Part shown: in pieces, positions 1 to 14,257 of the stretch
Layout: every line of letters starts with the position of its first letter
How positions within the stretch are numbered: position 1 is the stretch's first letter
Assembly: GCA_000934665.2 (NCBI GenBank)
Contig: KZ538823.1
Span: 62,001 to 118,395 of the forward strand
Reading direction: 5' to 3'
DNA: 56,395 nucleotides
DNA from: Catajapyx aquilonaris
Lineage: Eukaryota
The notes under the pieces: generated by a model
Database searches by the model: none
What the model was told of the DNA's origin: nothing
The model's input: only the letters and a program-made list of their open reading frames with translations
Made by a program: the position numbers and the translations under genes

Positions 1-448
1 AATTAATATTCAATATGAGCATGCAAGAACATGCTTTCAATAATGCCCCCGTTCCAAATAACGCAAATCATCTATAGAAAGCAATATCCATCAATAATGT
101 AGCTTAGGTGTATGACTGGTTGTATGATGGAAATCTTATTACCAGCACTCTCATCTTATTTTAAAATACATACAGTATACAGTCATATACAGTATATCTA
201 AAAATATAAATGTAGCTTTAGACAGGACATCACGCAACTCCTGCAGATGCATGAATTCCTGTATACTAATGACTTTTGAATCTCTAGATTCGGGAATACA
301 GGAAACCCCCAGCGTACTGTACGTAGCCTCGACAGTATAGATCCGGACTTATGTTAAAATTGTCGACATGTCAAAAAAAATCTAAGGAATTGACGGAACA
401 AACTGGTAAAGTCAAACTGATGCAGTCACTTGCGAGAAAATGTGTTAA

Positions 449-726
449 CCCTTCAATACTTAGGTGGCCGAAACACCCTTAACTATACTTAGGTGGAGCC
501 TGATCGGCTCCAACGGTATATTTAAATATCTGCTTATCAGCTCAATAATTGTTATAAGTGCAGTTCAGATGATTAGGCTTCCGAAAACGTAAAAATCACA
601 CGCGGAGTCAGCACATTCCGACAGAAAAAATGGCCTTGTTTATTACTTGATTAACAAGTTAAATCACGTTTAAATAGTGGTTGGAGTCGGTTGGAGCAGC
701 TCAGGCTCCACCTAAGTAGTTAAGGG
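449..726. mobile_element. piggyBac-type MITE
   Basis: TTAA at 445-448 and 727-730; CCC/GGG termini; TIR ccctt..acttaggtgg / ccacctaagtagttaaggg; subterminal inverted repeat (ggagcctga..gctccaac). Confidence 0.8.
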
Positions 727-3700
727 TTAAATTGACTTGTAGCAACTCGATCCTTCCCGCCTGCTACACTTAATGGGGTCGTATCATAATAATAAACTGC
801 ATGGTAACTTCGCCTAAGGCCTAAAAATGAGAGATAAGGTTAGGAAGGACGCATACCTGCCAGGATATTTTATGCCTTGTGTTTCAAGCCCATTATCTGA
901 GTAATAATTAGGCTGCTTAGAACCAATGTACCATCCCCCAACGTTTCGGTACGGCATCCTGTATATGCGTTTTCAAAACACCAACTAACCACGTTTTTTC
1001 TTTGACTGGTAACTCGATAGATCTTCGATGCCTTAATGCACGCCGGAGAAAAGATTGCTCTAATAATTTTTTGCATGTAATAAACCTCGTGTAATTCAGA
1101 ACTGCCCTGCACCATTCCTTGCAACGTATGTATAGTGTACGAGTATAAACAATAATCCTGTAAGGTCTAAGCATTTCGGTCCACACATATATGTATAACA
1201 CAATATTACGACTAATGACAGATATTCATTGTTGCTTTACCTCTCTGAGCCCATAGTCAGCTTGTTCCTAACATGATGGTGTAAGATCTGACCTACCCTG
1301 CAGTGGTCATACCCCTTTTCTGAAAGCCCGGAGCCATACTGTGCATATCCGCCCACAGTTCTCTTTTGGAAGAGGCTTCGGCAGGCTGTGTGTGACTGTG
1401 AGTTACGAGCGGACCCTGACTAGTGACGTTTTGACATGTCAAGTTGGAAAGGCCAGCCAGCAGCACCATATGGCGGCTTGGCTGGCTCCTGGGTGGATGG
1501 ATGGCCGGGTGGATGGATGGCTCCACCACCGACCGAAGGGACCCACATCCACGAAGGGAGGTTTCTGGCAACAAAGGGCAACAGACGGACCTCCACTTGC
1601 ACAAACCTACACCCTCATATTCTGCTAAATGCCAACACAACGACGGATTTTGTGCACCAGCTGGTGCTGGTTGATGATCAGTCAAATTGGCCTGCCACAA
1701 CAATATGCTGCATGATGTGGAGTACTTCTCACCTCACATGCAGGAAATCATGCAAAAGGGGTGCTATTAACTTCTCTAATTGATACACTGTTACCATTCA
1801 CCCTCATGTCAATGGTCGTAACCCACTCTATTAATATGGTATGATGACGTCATTGTAACGCCATTTTCAACGGAAGCCATAATAATTGTTACCTCCCATA
1901 TAAATGGTTCCTGTATGTAATTACTGGTCTTGCACAAGGCGATTAAATATTACCCGCATCATATGGGGACCACCTGGTACATACATCTTCCATTTCGGTT
2001 GCCTGTTAGAAGCACATTTTTATTGCAAATGATTATAATATTCTGTTTCATCCTGTTGTAAGAATATACATATTCATATAGGAATATTCTTACAAATTTG
2101 CCTCGCTCAAAATGACCTCTTGTAAAAGTGCCACTCATTCTTAGCAAAGTCAGAAATAAAATGTGCGGATCCACAAATCCTTTTGTTGGCCGTTTCCAAG
2201 TGTGCCCGAAGTGGAGGACATGAAACCTGCACGGGCTTGATGGGTTGTAAAATCGGATTATCTTGTGCGTGGCTGTACAAGTGCTGGCAGAAGCCAGGGC
2301 AGGTATAAGACCCTCCTGAGAGCAGCTGGAACCACAGAGAAGACTCCTGTGGACGGATGGATGCTCCTTTCCAAAGGGTGAAGCCATTCATCCTGTGGTT
2401 CTTTTCAAAATAAAAAAAGGAAAGGAAAGGAAAGGAAAGTCTCCTCCCTGCCCTGACTCCTCTTCCAAAAAGTCCGGACTATGCAACGCGTCCGTAATTT
2501 ATGCTTTTGGGGGAGAAGCCTGAACTTGACCAGGTTTTCCTCTCTAACCCTCTCTTGTTCGGGGCAGGAAGTTGCAGGGGTCCAGTTGGCTTCCAGATAA
2601 CTCGTTTCCCGAAACCCCACAACTCCTCTGGAGCCAGAACACCCCACCCCCCACCCCCAGTTGGCCCCTCCTTCCAAACCAAAAGTCGTAAAACTCTTCC
2701 TTTTCCTTACAACCGAGGGCACCCTTTTGTGCGAGGCACAAAATGTTCCTGATTCCCTTTTCCGACCTGACATTTTTGCATACTTTTGAGGGGAAAGCTG
2801 GTGTGAATAGAGACTTTTCCTGCTGCTTAGTACTTGGATTTTAAACGAATAATGTCAATTTCGTGTTACAAGTCGCTTAGATAAAAACCAATTGTTGAAT
2901 TAGAAACTGCACTTTTTTCATATAAAATATAGTAAATTCTCCACCAATGCCACAATTGTTCAGTTTTTTTGTGTGCCGAGTAGATTTCAGCACAATGTGG
3001 CGTAATTTGGACCTTTCTGCTACCGTCTGAAGTCCTAATTTCCTTACTGTGTGACCCAATGAGAGAAACTCCCCTTTTCCCATGACTATTGAAAAGAGGA
3101 GGGCAGGAGTGGAAAGGCGTTTGTACAAGATGGCAAGGGACGTAACCTCCCGCCAAAAAAAGTAGAAATCCTTTTGGAAATACAAAAATGCAATGGGACT
3201 AGAAAACCCTCTGTCACAAATGTCGAAATGTCCCCAACTCTTCCCAAGACTTGAAAAAGCTCCGCTTTCAGCCGGGGTCACCCGTAAATACATACCCCTC
3301 CTTCACCTTCCTATAGGTCCACAAAAAAAATGTGCCAATGATAAATTATTACAGCTTTTATGTGGGATCCTACTCCTTCTGTGACTTGCGAGTTCTGGGT
3401 GTCAAAGGGAATTCCGAATTTTGGGGGAAAGGGTCCTAAACCACCCAAAAGTGACTAATCGCATCAGCATATATATTTTTTAAATTGCCACGCATGAGAA
3501 AAGGGTGTGAAAGGATCCTACCTCTTCACTTTTTTTCGGGAGCAGATAGTTTCGGTGACCTGACCTCTCACACTACGAGCGTGAGAGCATCCTTAGCCGG
3601 AACCTTGAAATGCCCTGCCTCCCAAACAGGATATTTGTTAATCTCCGACAAATAGTAGCAGCTAGATAACCTTGAGAGAATCATTTGCCCAATTTTGTCA

Positions 3701-5321
3701 GGCGAGCATCAAGGACCTTGGTTCGCTACCAGTGACATGGGAACTCGTGTGTTTGTGTTATTAATAAAGACTTCACCTATAGGGCGAATCAATGTTCACA
3801 TATTGGGCAACTCTGTCGGCAGTGTCTCCACAAAACAAGTATTAATGACATTGATACACTGATGAAACAGGAGGCACTGGAACTGTTCGTGTCACTTTTT
3901 AAATGATAATATTGCGATGTCATGATAGCCTGTTTCGCGATTTAAAGACAGGAGGTTAATCAAGTGTAAGTTATTCATTTGAACAAGGCATAACATGATC
4001 GCAATAAATCATTTGCAAAATTGCATTTTCAATATTATTTATAATGTTAAATGGCTGGAAAAGTTGCATTTATACAGATCTTTATGGGTACAATATGCAA
4101 ATAGTGGTACCAATGAATCAATACGCAGGGACTATACAAGTAGTTAGCTCACTGAAATGTGTCACCCACATTAGTTGAGTAGTGGACGATGGATACAATG
4201 TAAAATGGAGCATAATTTACATACTAAAGGCTCGATTGCATGTACTACTGGCCACCCAGAGAACATGTACGCCTGATTATATCACATTCTAGCTTGACAT
4301 ACGAATGATGAGGGTTGGTAAATATGGGCTGCATCACATCGGAACTGTCAACCCTTTGCCTCATTAGGAAGGCCATATATTAATGTGCTCTGTATGTTTA
4401 AAAAAAGTTTCAGCCAAACGTATATCTTGACGCTACATAATCATCACCAATGGAGAGAGAAAGCACTGGAGTGGAATCATATATGGTTATGTAGCGCTAT
4501 ACAACGTTTGACAGAAGCATTTTCGGGGTTTCGCCATAATTATAGTACAGTATAGAACTACCATATTTTAACAGCTATTTTATAACTAATTCCGTTAATA
4601 CAAGGTAAGTTAAAACGCCAGGTCCATCTCCCGCTATGGCCTGCGACAAGTAAAATATTGGGTGACAAATGTCAAAATCCTTAACGCAGCATGGTATAGC
4701 GACTATAGCCTATACGCTCGAGGGCCTATCTGTGCATAACCTACCTTCTAATCTAGGATAAGGTGTAAAGCAGGTGGCGCGTTGATCTATAAGGGACACC
4801 GAAAAGCTCATGGCCGTCTACGCGACGTTAACTGTTGGGTTTTCAATATTTCTCGCCCGCATATTTTGGACTCGTAAAAGAGTATCCTGGCAGGAAATTG
4901 ACCTGGACCTGTACCACAATTATATATACTGCCAGCATTTTTTTAAATAATGTATATAGGAGAGAAATTGAATGAATTCTTCCACACCGATGAAGCACAA
5001 ATTGAAACCTCCCACCGCATTGGCAGAAAGAACAGTGGCAAAGGCCAAATGTTCCCTATGTCAATAAGCCATTGTAGCTCTCCCAATATTTCTGCGAGCC
5101 CCTGATAACTGCAAACTGAAAATATTCATCAAAACTGTCCATTTACTCCTAAAGGGAAGAATGACCACCGGCCATAAGCATCTCTGTCTTCTGGCCCACG
5201 CTTTATTCTCATCAAGGTGAAGATCTCCATACCCAATATTTTTTTTACAATAAGCGCTGCAGCAGAAACACAGTATCGGGGCTGCCAGGATGGATGTGCC
5301 AGCTGTCGAATAACTTGAGGA

Positions 5322-5550
5322 CAATGGTGGGCACCGCTAACTTTCGACAACAGCTAACTTGCTCAGTAAAACCATGGACATATCTAAATCGCTAATGCTA
5401 AACAGCTAGAAAGGTTAGTGGAAATCCCCGTCAATAATCGTTCTAGCTGTTTATCATTGGCGACTTAGCGCCGCCCACGGTCTTCTAACCGAATTAGCTG
5501 TTAGCGGATGTTAGCGGAACTAAAAATTCCGGTTAGTGTGCCCACCATTG
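5322..5550. mobile_element. hAT-type MITE
   Basis: TIR caatggtgggcac / gtgcccaccattg; 8-bp TSD cttgagga / cttgaaga; many gctaa/ttagc subterminal motifs; related copy at 55019-55149. Confidence 0.8.
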
Positions 5551-6261
5551 CTTGAAGATTACAGTCATACATAATTTTCCCCCCTTCTCCGTGAAGAATA
5601 TATTACTCAACCCTATGAGGAGATTCAAAATACGCTGAAAAGATTCCGTACATCAGCGACAGCTGTTTTTCAGTATCGAATTGGAAACTGATGATAGGTT
5701 TCGCGGCAACTTTATTCCTTTGACAGTAGGCTAATCTGAAGTCTCAGCACGACCTATACGACAATGCATTTTCTGCCACATTTTGAAAGCGACACCTTAG
5801 AGCACGTATTCAAAACACCATGTCACGTACAGTGTAAACAAATCCCTTGCTGTTGACATCAGCCACGAGGCATGCCAAATTTCGCACGGTAACGGAACAC
5901 TTCTTTACTCTCCGGTCTCCCAATTTTTTTCCATCGACATTTTGCAAACATCTGTGTTCCATGGACGTCGTCCTGAGATCCGACGCTGGGCAAGTAAAAA
6001 AAGCGCCACCCAAGGCGCATACTTATCGATCACCACCGGCAAAAGGGTCCACTCTACTCACCCTCCCCACCCTGGTCGTACCCTTCTCCTATACACCAAA
6101 CACATACACAACACATCCTCCCCCGCACTCTATTTTTTGCCGCCTGTCGTCACTCCTTTTCCTTCCAAAATAACATCGAGGTAGGTCAGAGTCAAGGTTT
6201 GTCCTCGACTATTTAAAAACAGGATCTCCCCCAGTCGCCAGCCCATATACACATGTGAAGT

Positions 6262-6380
6262 GCTGACATGCGCATGCAAATTGCACGTGCAGCTCATTTG
6301 GCCAAATTTTGGCGGGGTTGCGCAAATCAGGGTGAAAATGAGTATGTAACTGACCTTTGGCGCGGTGGAAGTGTTATGCC
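6262..6380. promoter_or_regulatory. Candidate CpG-rich promoter of an unidentified gene
   Basis: NRF1-like tgcgcatgc, octamer atgcaaat, E2F-like tttggcggg and tttggcgcg, ETS-like ggaagtg in a CpG-rich patch; no coding exon could be linked to it. Confidence 0.3.
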
Positions 6381-7475
6381 GACGAAGAGCGTGCTTCCAG
6401 CCCGGCCGACTGTTTTTCTGGGCCTGGAGAAACTCGTGCTTTCCAGAGAAGGGTCGGATTCATTGGACGGAGACAGCGCGGGATTACCACGGCCATCTAT
6501 CGCTTCGGCACGGAACTAACAGCACGCACACTACGCACAAGCAGGTTGACTCACTCCCTCATATTGCCAGCTACACGCACGAATATCCCAATCGGGAAGA
6601 TTTTCACGTCTGCATCAGGCCAGTACCTGGGATGAACCATAAAAACGACAAATTAAAAACATGTCCAAAATAATTTACCTTGCAGAATTGCGGGTGTCAA
6701 GTTTTTAAATATTGGTTTTAAAAGTGGGAAGTGGGAGAAATGTTTTGCATTATTTAAGTCCATCAAAAATTATTCCGTCCTCTACATTGTATGCATTAAA
6801 ATGAGTGTGACTTATTCTGATTATTGGATCTGATTTGAAACATTTTGAATGATTTCGATTCCTTCAAACGCGGTGATCATTTACATTTTACAGTAAATGC
6901 TAACAAGGTATTAGTAAAATGTCATTCTCTGGATGTCTCACAAAAAGCGGCCATAGTCTTCATATAGGCATATTCATTTTTTGTCAACCCAAAAATGAAT
7001 TGATAACACCACCAAGTAGGCAACTGGTGCTAGTTGTTCTGCTGAAGGCAGGGTTGGACGTGATCTCAAAAGTCAGGAAGATTGATTGTATAATCAAAGT
7101 GTTTGCATTCATGGGCGTCCCATCCCAAATTGCTTCACTAGGTAGCCCCTACACACACCCTAGAAGTCTGTCCAGAATTACAGGAAACACCCTGTATATA
7201 ACAACCTATTATGCAATTCGTCAGTAGAGTTTCACAAGTTAATTGTAGTATTTTTGTGAGGTCAAACAGCATACAACCTTTGCCCCAAAAAAGGTGCGAG
7301 GTCTGAAATGATGTGCACCGGACCTTTGGAAGGCCTATAGTGATTCAAAGGCAAAGAAAGAGTTTTCCACCAGGTATAATATTTTGTTGAAAAGAAAAAT
7401 ATTAGGCACACAATAAAATGAGTCGTGGCCATGCTACCTAATAAAACTGTGCAATACATCCATGTTTATACTGTA

Positions 7476-9713
7476 CTAGCAGGATACCCGGCGTTGCTCG
7501 GGTTATGAAATACTTTTCTATAGGAGTGACTCATTGATTTGGTAGTTACCTTTGCAATAATTATGGCTATACAATGTTGGCATACCTGTAACATGGAGCA
7601 TATTGTATGTGCATGAAGTCCAAACAACACACTGCGGATGTCGGATTGTAAGAAAATACACAGTACACCTCCAAAATCCAGCAAAAGTATGTCATGAAAA
7701 ATTGAACGTTGTGCAGTAAATGTAGAGTGTAGAAGCTCCAGCATGGCAGAGCTTACAATCTGACATCCATTGTGTGTTTTTTGGACTGGATGCACATGCA
7801 ATTGGGACGTTTTGTCTGTGTACTGAAATGCTTTTGTCAATTAATAAACATTTTGGTATGGCCAATTACGTTCATAATTGCATAGATGAAGCGTGTTGTC
7901 TCGAAGCTTCAACACAATATCCCTCTTATTACCATGCTCCTGACCACTCATGATCACAGCAATCTCATTGCAAGAAGGTTGATTGAATCGACCACGATGC
8001 TCACCTTGTGGTCGCTTGTCTGCATCGATGACCAAGTCAAATTCCAGAGGAGGAGGACTGTCAAGTGCAAGTTTGAAGCTTTTGACGTAAGTGTGAGTGG
8101 AATGGATCATCTCCTGAAGTTGCAGTATGATGTCGAGGCGTGTGCCGTTTAAGTAAGTGCAACGGTATTCCGCCTGCTGTTGCAGGTTCCCCATGAAGTA
8201 AAGTTGCAGAAACCGCGGACTCTGATTTTCTGAGGAAAGGAGTGATCCCATGCGATGGTAAATTTGGCATTGCACATTGAATGTAGGCATGAAGCCCCCT
8301 TCTCTAACAACGTTGGCCCCAAAAGATGTCATCTGGAAGGCCGAATTGTAATTTCTGATGGTCTTCAGGAAATGTTTTGAATCAGGTGATGTGCCTATAA
8401 GAGGAGCATTTTAAGTAGCTGTGGAGGCTCAGCCAGTAGAGGAAGGCTAACCTTTCCAATGGAGCAACATATCGTTTTTGTTTCACCCTTCCACTTCTTT
8501 GCCTGACAATGGTGGCATACCTCTGACATAGATCCAATTGCAACAACACCGACAGAAGAATTATTGTCAATGTCTGCTGAGTAGTGGAAAGCGGCATGTA
8601 GGAGGTGGGTTGATGAAAATGGAGCTAATCTCCGACTGGTGGCTGCGTTTCTCATATAGAGTGGAACCATGCTTGGTGTTCTTCCTCAGTCTCTTGGTCC
8701 CTCATCCTTAGCCGAACTCTGCGTGTATCCAATGCGCTTCTGCCAATGCTGCTATGTTTTTAGGCCCATCTTAAAGTCGTTGGGGTGTTGAGAATATGGA
8801 GGTCCAAACGTTACAAAGTGAAAAAACAAACAAATGCAAAAAAAAGTTTGAAAACTACATGACACAGTACCTACGTAGACCACATTATACCACATTATAC
8901 CACACCTTATACCTTTATACCACACCTTAAAGAAACGATTGAAAACTACATGACACAGAACGTAACACAGTTCGGAACAGGAGAATTCCGACAAAAAGCA
9001 CATTACACAGTACCACTCCTGACAGTACGTAGAGGAAAAGGTATGGCAGAAAAAGTACGCCAAGAAAATCCCGACGGGCTGCCTGAACAAACAACCCAAA
9101 ACCGCTATTCTTACATACAGCGCATTTGTACCACCAGCTCGAACCCTGGGCCTGCCCCGAGGCCGTTGCTGGACCGTGCCACCGTGTCTGTAGGATAAAC
9201 ATGGAATAAGATACCAGGCTAGCAAGATATGGAACTCTTTGATTATTATGAACAAAACGTGATCATCACCCAATTACACCAGTAGTCTCGTAACCAAGGC
9301 AACAGTGTGTAATAAATTCTAAATTGGAACAAAAAAGTATGCGACCAATGTGAGTGCAAAGCACAGACCAAAGTACAGCCACCACGTAGAAATGTAATGA
9401 CACTGAGGGGCTGGAGGAGGAGGCAGCGGGGGGAGGGAGGGGAGGGAGGGAGGGAGGGAGAGAGAGGAGGGAAGGACATGGTTTCCAGGGCAACTGAACA
9501 GCATTATTAGAACACAGGGGGCCAACATCCAAAGTCTTTTTCGCCTCCTGTGGCCAAGGATGACCTCGGAGGTCAATTCCAATGTGCCTATGACATTCCC
9601 AGTAAAAAACTACCCCTAGTGAAACCCCTGGGGCATAAATGTCAGGGCCTCCGTACGGATTTGCATAGCGGATAACCGGACAGACAGATATAGGTCTTGA
9701 AATATGTATTAGA
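7476..9713 (-). mobile_element. Helitron, internally deleted
   Basis: On the - strand: 5' end A|TCTAATACATAT at 9713; 3' end has hairpin cccgagcaacgccggg followed by CTAG|T at 7476; no TSD; contains RepHel N-terminal coding remnant. Confidence 0.88.
7841..8670 (-). pseudogene. Helitron RepHel N-terminal fragment (Zn-finger region)
   Basis: CHHCQAKKWKGE..CCSIGKV zinc-finger; (YNSAFQ)MTSFGA..GGFMPTF..QIYHRMGSL..PRFLQLYF..HRGRFNQP..NEIAVI, typical of Helitron RepHel; broken and truncated before the Rep and helicase domains. Confidence 0.85.
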
Positions 9714-10130
9714 TATCCCTCAGACAAACCGATATGTCTGTTATTAATGGGTAGATTGATGTGCGAGAAAGCCGGAAGACCGATGAGTCGGTTGTGTGGC
9801 TGTTCCTTTTTTAAATGAACACCACGTGCTTCCGGAGGAAATGTAGGCATTGAACATTATTATTTTCGAACAACAGAGGGCAACATATCTAGACTGTGAC
9901 ATGCCAAAATTTTGTTCACCTAATTTCAAAACGAGGTTATTTTTTGAAACAACAGAGGGCAGCATGTCTGTGACTGTGACTCTGGCTTTCCCACTTGACC
10001 GCAAGCTAAGCACATGCCTGCCGCTGCATGCGATAGGCAGACGCTTCCCGCCCTACTTTCAAATCAGTGCAGGTTGGGTCGGCCTGGTTATGCCAAAATG
10101 GTTCAATCATTATATTTCGTCGGCATTAAA

Positions 10131-10621
<491 letters not shown>

Positions 10622-10623
10622 CG

Positions 10624-10949
10624 TTACCCCGTAGGCCCTTATAGGGGGGGGGGGGTGGAATACCACCATTTTTCCTTCAATTTTCTGATTTTTTATTCTA
10701 ACTCCGGTGCAAGGATGAAAGGACATGAGGTAAGGATATAGGGATTTTTGGGGAGGGAACATTGGTGCATGTGCAATGTCGGTAAAGGGGTCATGTGCTG
10801 TTCCCCAGGAGGTTAGGTTGCCAGACACCTCCTTGGTGCAGGTCAGAGACCCTCCTGACGCAGGTGAAAGGAAAGTTGCCCAGGCGGGGATCGAACCTGG
10901 GGCCTTTCACTCAGCAAGCCGAGACGTTACCATCTCGGCCATCTACACC

Positions 10950-10950
<1 letters not shown>
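10624..10950 (-). mobile_element. tRNA-derived SINE family B
   Basis: - strand head tggccgagatggtaacg..ggttcgatcccc; body ggcaacctaacctcctgggg; tail ..ggggtaa; similar to 15646, 28374 and 33767 copies. Confidence 0.8.
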
Positions 10951-11182
<232 letters not shown>

Positions 11183-11503
11183 ATATATTTCGTTGGCACT
11201 TAACTACCGACGTGGGGTATTTTTCTACCCCACAATGTAGATAATTATAATACCATCGCGATTAATAAATTTTGTATGAAATGAAAAATGGCAGCCCTAT
11301 ATTCCTCAGACATACTTTCTTCGATCCAAAGAAATTTTTTGACATTAGTAGATTTTTTTTTTGCGGAGTTACCGGTACTTTTCTGCTGCGAAGCGTCCCT
11401 GTGGGGTACAGATATATCCCACGTGGTAGCCAATGTACATAATTTATTAGAGAGCACATCACAGCGCGGTGAATGGCATCGTGTCCAGTATGGATTGAAG
11501 TAT

Positions 11504-12380
11504 TAGACCACCGATTCTTGGTTCAAATATTCCGAGATCTCAGGCGATGGTGACACCGGAAGTAGACCTAGATTCACATTCGCCTCCGCTCTGCAAGGAG
11601 GTTGGCGGTGAGGACCAAAAATAATATTCAGCCTTGAGGTTTCGTTTCCGTTTGAATAAAACATTCACAGAGGTGTACGAAATGCTAAGATTATGAACAG
11701 CAGATACTGGTCACCATGTGAAGCCACAAGACGTACCAACTCTTCGAAAACCAAGGGGGTAATCACTCGACTGAGAAGTGTACACTGGAGTACCAAATTC
11801 AAGAAGTATACCAAGGAGTAATAAAGAGTGAGGTACCTGAGGAGTACCAGGGAGTACCACTCGCAGGTGTACACCGGAGTACCGAAGGGATTACCCCCTT
11901 GTCGCAAACCTCCACACGCATTTGCCTCTTCTCTGGAGTAAACAGCCTGGGGCCCCAACGCATCAGGTATGACCGTATCGCATGTGCAAATAATGGTCAA
12001 TGCAAAATTGTGTGGGAACTATACCACTGGAGGTACCAATAATTCTGGCAAGGTCATCGACGGTCATGGGGCGATATTCCCGGACAATCAATCACTGCAT
12101 AGGTGGTGTTAATGATCTTATCTGTCAGAACTCTGATGGGAGTCTGCAAACTTGTGTCCTTGCAATCTGACTATGGACCCTTGCTCAATGCCTTGTTCCT
12201 CCATTGGAATGCTGTGGGACACATTTTCACAATTTCTGAGCCCTATACGCCTCCATCGCTTTTGTCTTCAAATGGCAGCAAAACCTCAACGCTGAATATT
12301 GGTGAACCTATAGGTCTACTTCTGGTGTCACCATCGCATGTGCCCGTGGAATATTCGAGCAAGAATTAGTGAAAGTTCTA
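11504..12380. mobile_element. Non-autonomous element with long diverged TIRs (superfamily uncertain, possibly Academ-like)
   Basis: gcgatggtgacaccggaagtagaccta (about 11543) vs taggtctacttctggtgtcaccatcgc (about 12311), with similarity extending about 150 bp; TAG..CTA ends; internal gagtacc repeats. Confidence 0.5.
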
Positions 12381-13256
12381 ATGCTTCAATCCATTCTTCA
12401 CACGATGCCATTCACCGCAAGTCATGAACTAAGATAATGCTCTTGATCACATAAAAAAATAAGTCTCAGTTTCTTTTGACTGTCCCTCATAGTCCTCACA
12501 AGTCAAGTATCACTGTGTGTGCACTGGTTAACCTACACATTTTTGTCCTTTCACCAAAATCTGTGATGGATGGTTTCACCAATACGCATCATTTTCGCCA
12601 TTTTCTGAAAAATGGTATATTCGCGCTTTCTTTTTAATTCTGGCGATTTATTGATTGGATTTGTAAATTAGGTGCATAGACTATCACTCAGAGATATTCG
12701 GCTGAGTTTTGATGATATTTAATTTGAGAAATGAGTTTCAATATTGCTTTCCATCCGAGTTTCCATCAATGCGTGACACAAGATTATATTCAAAATTTCG
12801 TTTTTTTAAAGCTCCAAGTCTAAGCTAAACATTGATGCATAACTTTCCTATATAAATATTTTATTGTAACAGTGTTTTTGGGGTCTCAAGAACTTGACTA
12901 AATAGCTATTTAAAAAACCTGACGAAAAGGCTTGCCTGCTTTCTCGGTATAGTACCTGCCATTTACCATACTTGCCGGATTCTGAGGGATATATGAGTAT
13001 GTGTACATACAGTACATCCCGGAGTAGCCCACCAGAGTAGGCAATAGCCTACTTCCTTTCAACCCAATTGCGTATTCTACAGTATTAGCCAACTTGGTAT
13101 TACACTGGGGAACAAAATTTTTTTTAAATGTTGCATGATATTTTTCAACTGAATCTAAGTATTTTTCAACGCTGATTTCAAATCTGAAATCGGTTTTCCT
13201 AGAGGCCTACATGCTCTAGTTTTCATGCAATTTGAAACTTGTTATTTTCGGGGGGG

Positions 13257-13467
13257 NNNNNNNNNNNNNNNNNNNNNNNNNNNNNNNNNNNNNNNNNNNN
13301 NNNNNNNNNNNNNNNNNNNNNNNNNNNNNNNNNNNNNNNNNNNNNNNNNNNNNNNNNNNNNNNNNNNNNNNNNNNNNNNNNNNNNNNNNNNNNNNNNNNN
13401 NNNNNNNNNNNNNNNNNNNNNNNNNNNNNNNNNNNNNNNNNNNNNNNNNNNNNNNNNNNNNNNNNNN
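13257..13467. other. Assembly gap (N run)
   Basis: Run of n characters. Confidence 1.
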
Positions 13468-14257
13468 GGTAGAAGGAAGAATCTCACCCCCCCCCCCCCC
13501 CCCAAGACGTCCTCCACAGCTGCCTTGACCTCTTCGTCACTCCCATGGAGTCGACCCCGCAGGTGACCTTTGGTCTCGGGATCATAATGAGGTACCCAGG
13601 TTTCATCCTGTGTGACCAGACAAGCGTAAAATCCTTCTGCATCAGCATTCAGCAGGTTCAAATTTGATTGTGACATCTCCCGACGCGCCGCCTTCTGTTC
13701 TGGCGACAACATTTGGGGTACCCATCGTGCTGACACTTTCCAAAGGCGCTGGTGGTCATGTAGTATGGTGTGGATGGAAAATGTTGAGATGCCCACCACC
13801 TCAGCAAGGTACCTGATAGTCAGTCTTCGGTCTCCCATCACTAGTTCCTCCACTTTGGCCACATTTTCTTCAGTGGTAACACACGGGTCTTCCGGAGCGG
13901 GGGTCGTCTTCTATAGGCTGTCTCGGCCCTGTTTGGAGAGGGCAATCCACTTCTGGATCATGCTGTAGGTGGTGCATCGCCAGCCAATGTATCCTTCATG
14001 TCCTCAAAGATGTCCTTGGCACCCATTCCCTTTGCCACCAGGTACTGGATGACCGCGCGATGTGCGATGTTCGCCATCTTCACAAGATGCTGCGCACCCT
14101 TTCACATCCGAATTATTTCTGAACCCAAGGACTTTGACACCTATGTCAATTGGGTGGATATAGGGGTTTGAAGGGTGGCTCGATTTAATGGTGCTGTTTA
14201 GCTTCCGCATTTGCTTCTCCTTCTAGGCGAAACCACGAACTTATATAACACCCCTCG
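13468..14257 (-). mobile_element. Mariner element, internally deleted, one end lost in gap
   Basis: Transposase motifs KVSARWVPQML and VTQDETWV jump straight to C-terminal HLRGR..SDEEVKAAV; terminus cccctcg|TA at 14257. Confidence 0.85.

Noticed and set aside
930..1000. Minus-strand cgaaacgttgg resembling a hammerhead 3' end
   Set aside because: No CUGANGA box and no stem I pairing
1293..3560. Several 60-140 aa ORFs and a homopolymer-rich segment
   Set aside because: No recognisable protein motifs or consistent exon chain; may be decayed repeat or low-quality sequence
3858..3898. ctgatga followed by an aacag/ctgtt stem
   Set aside because: Lacks the required GAAA after stem II
11780..11900. 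Spaced gagtacc repeats as a CRISPR-like array
   Set aside because: Repeats are too short and irregular, the context is eukaryotic, and there are no cas genes
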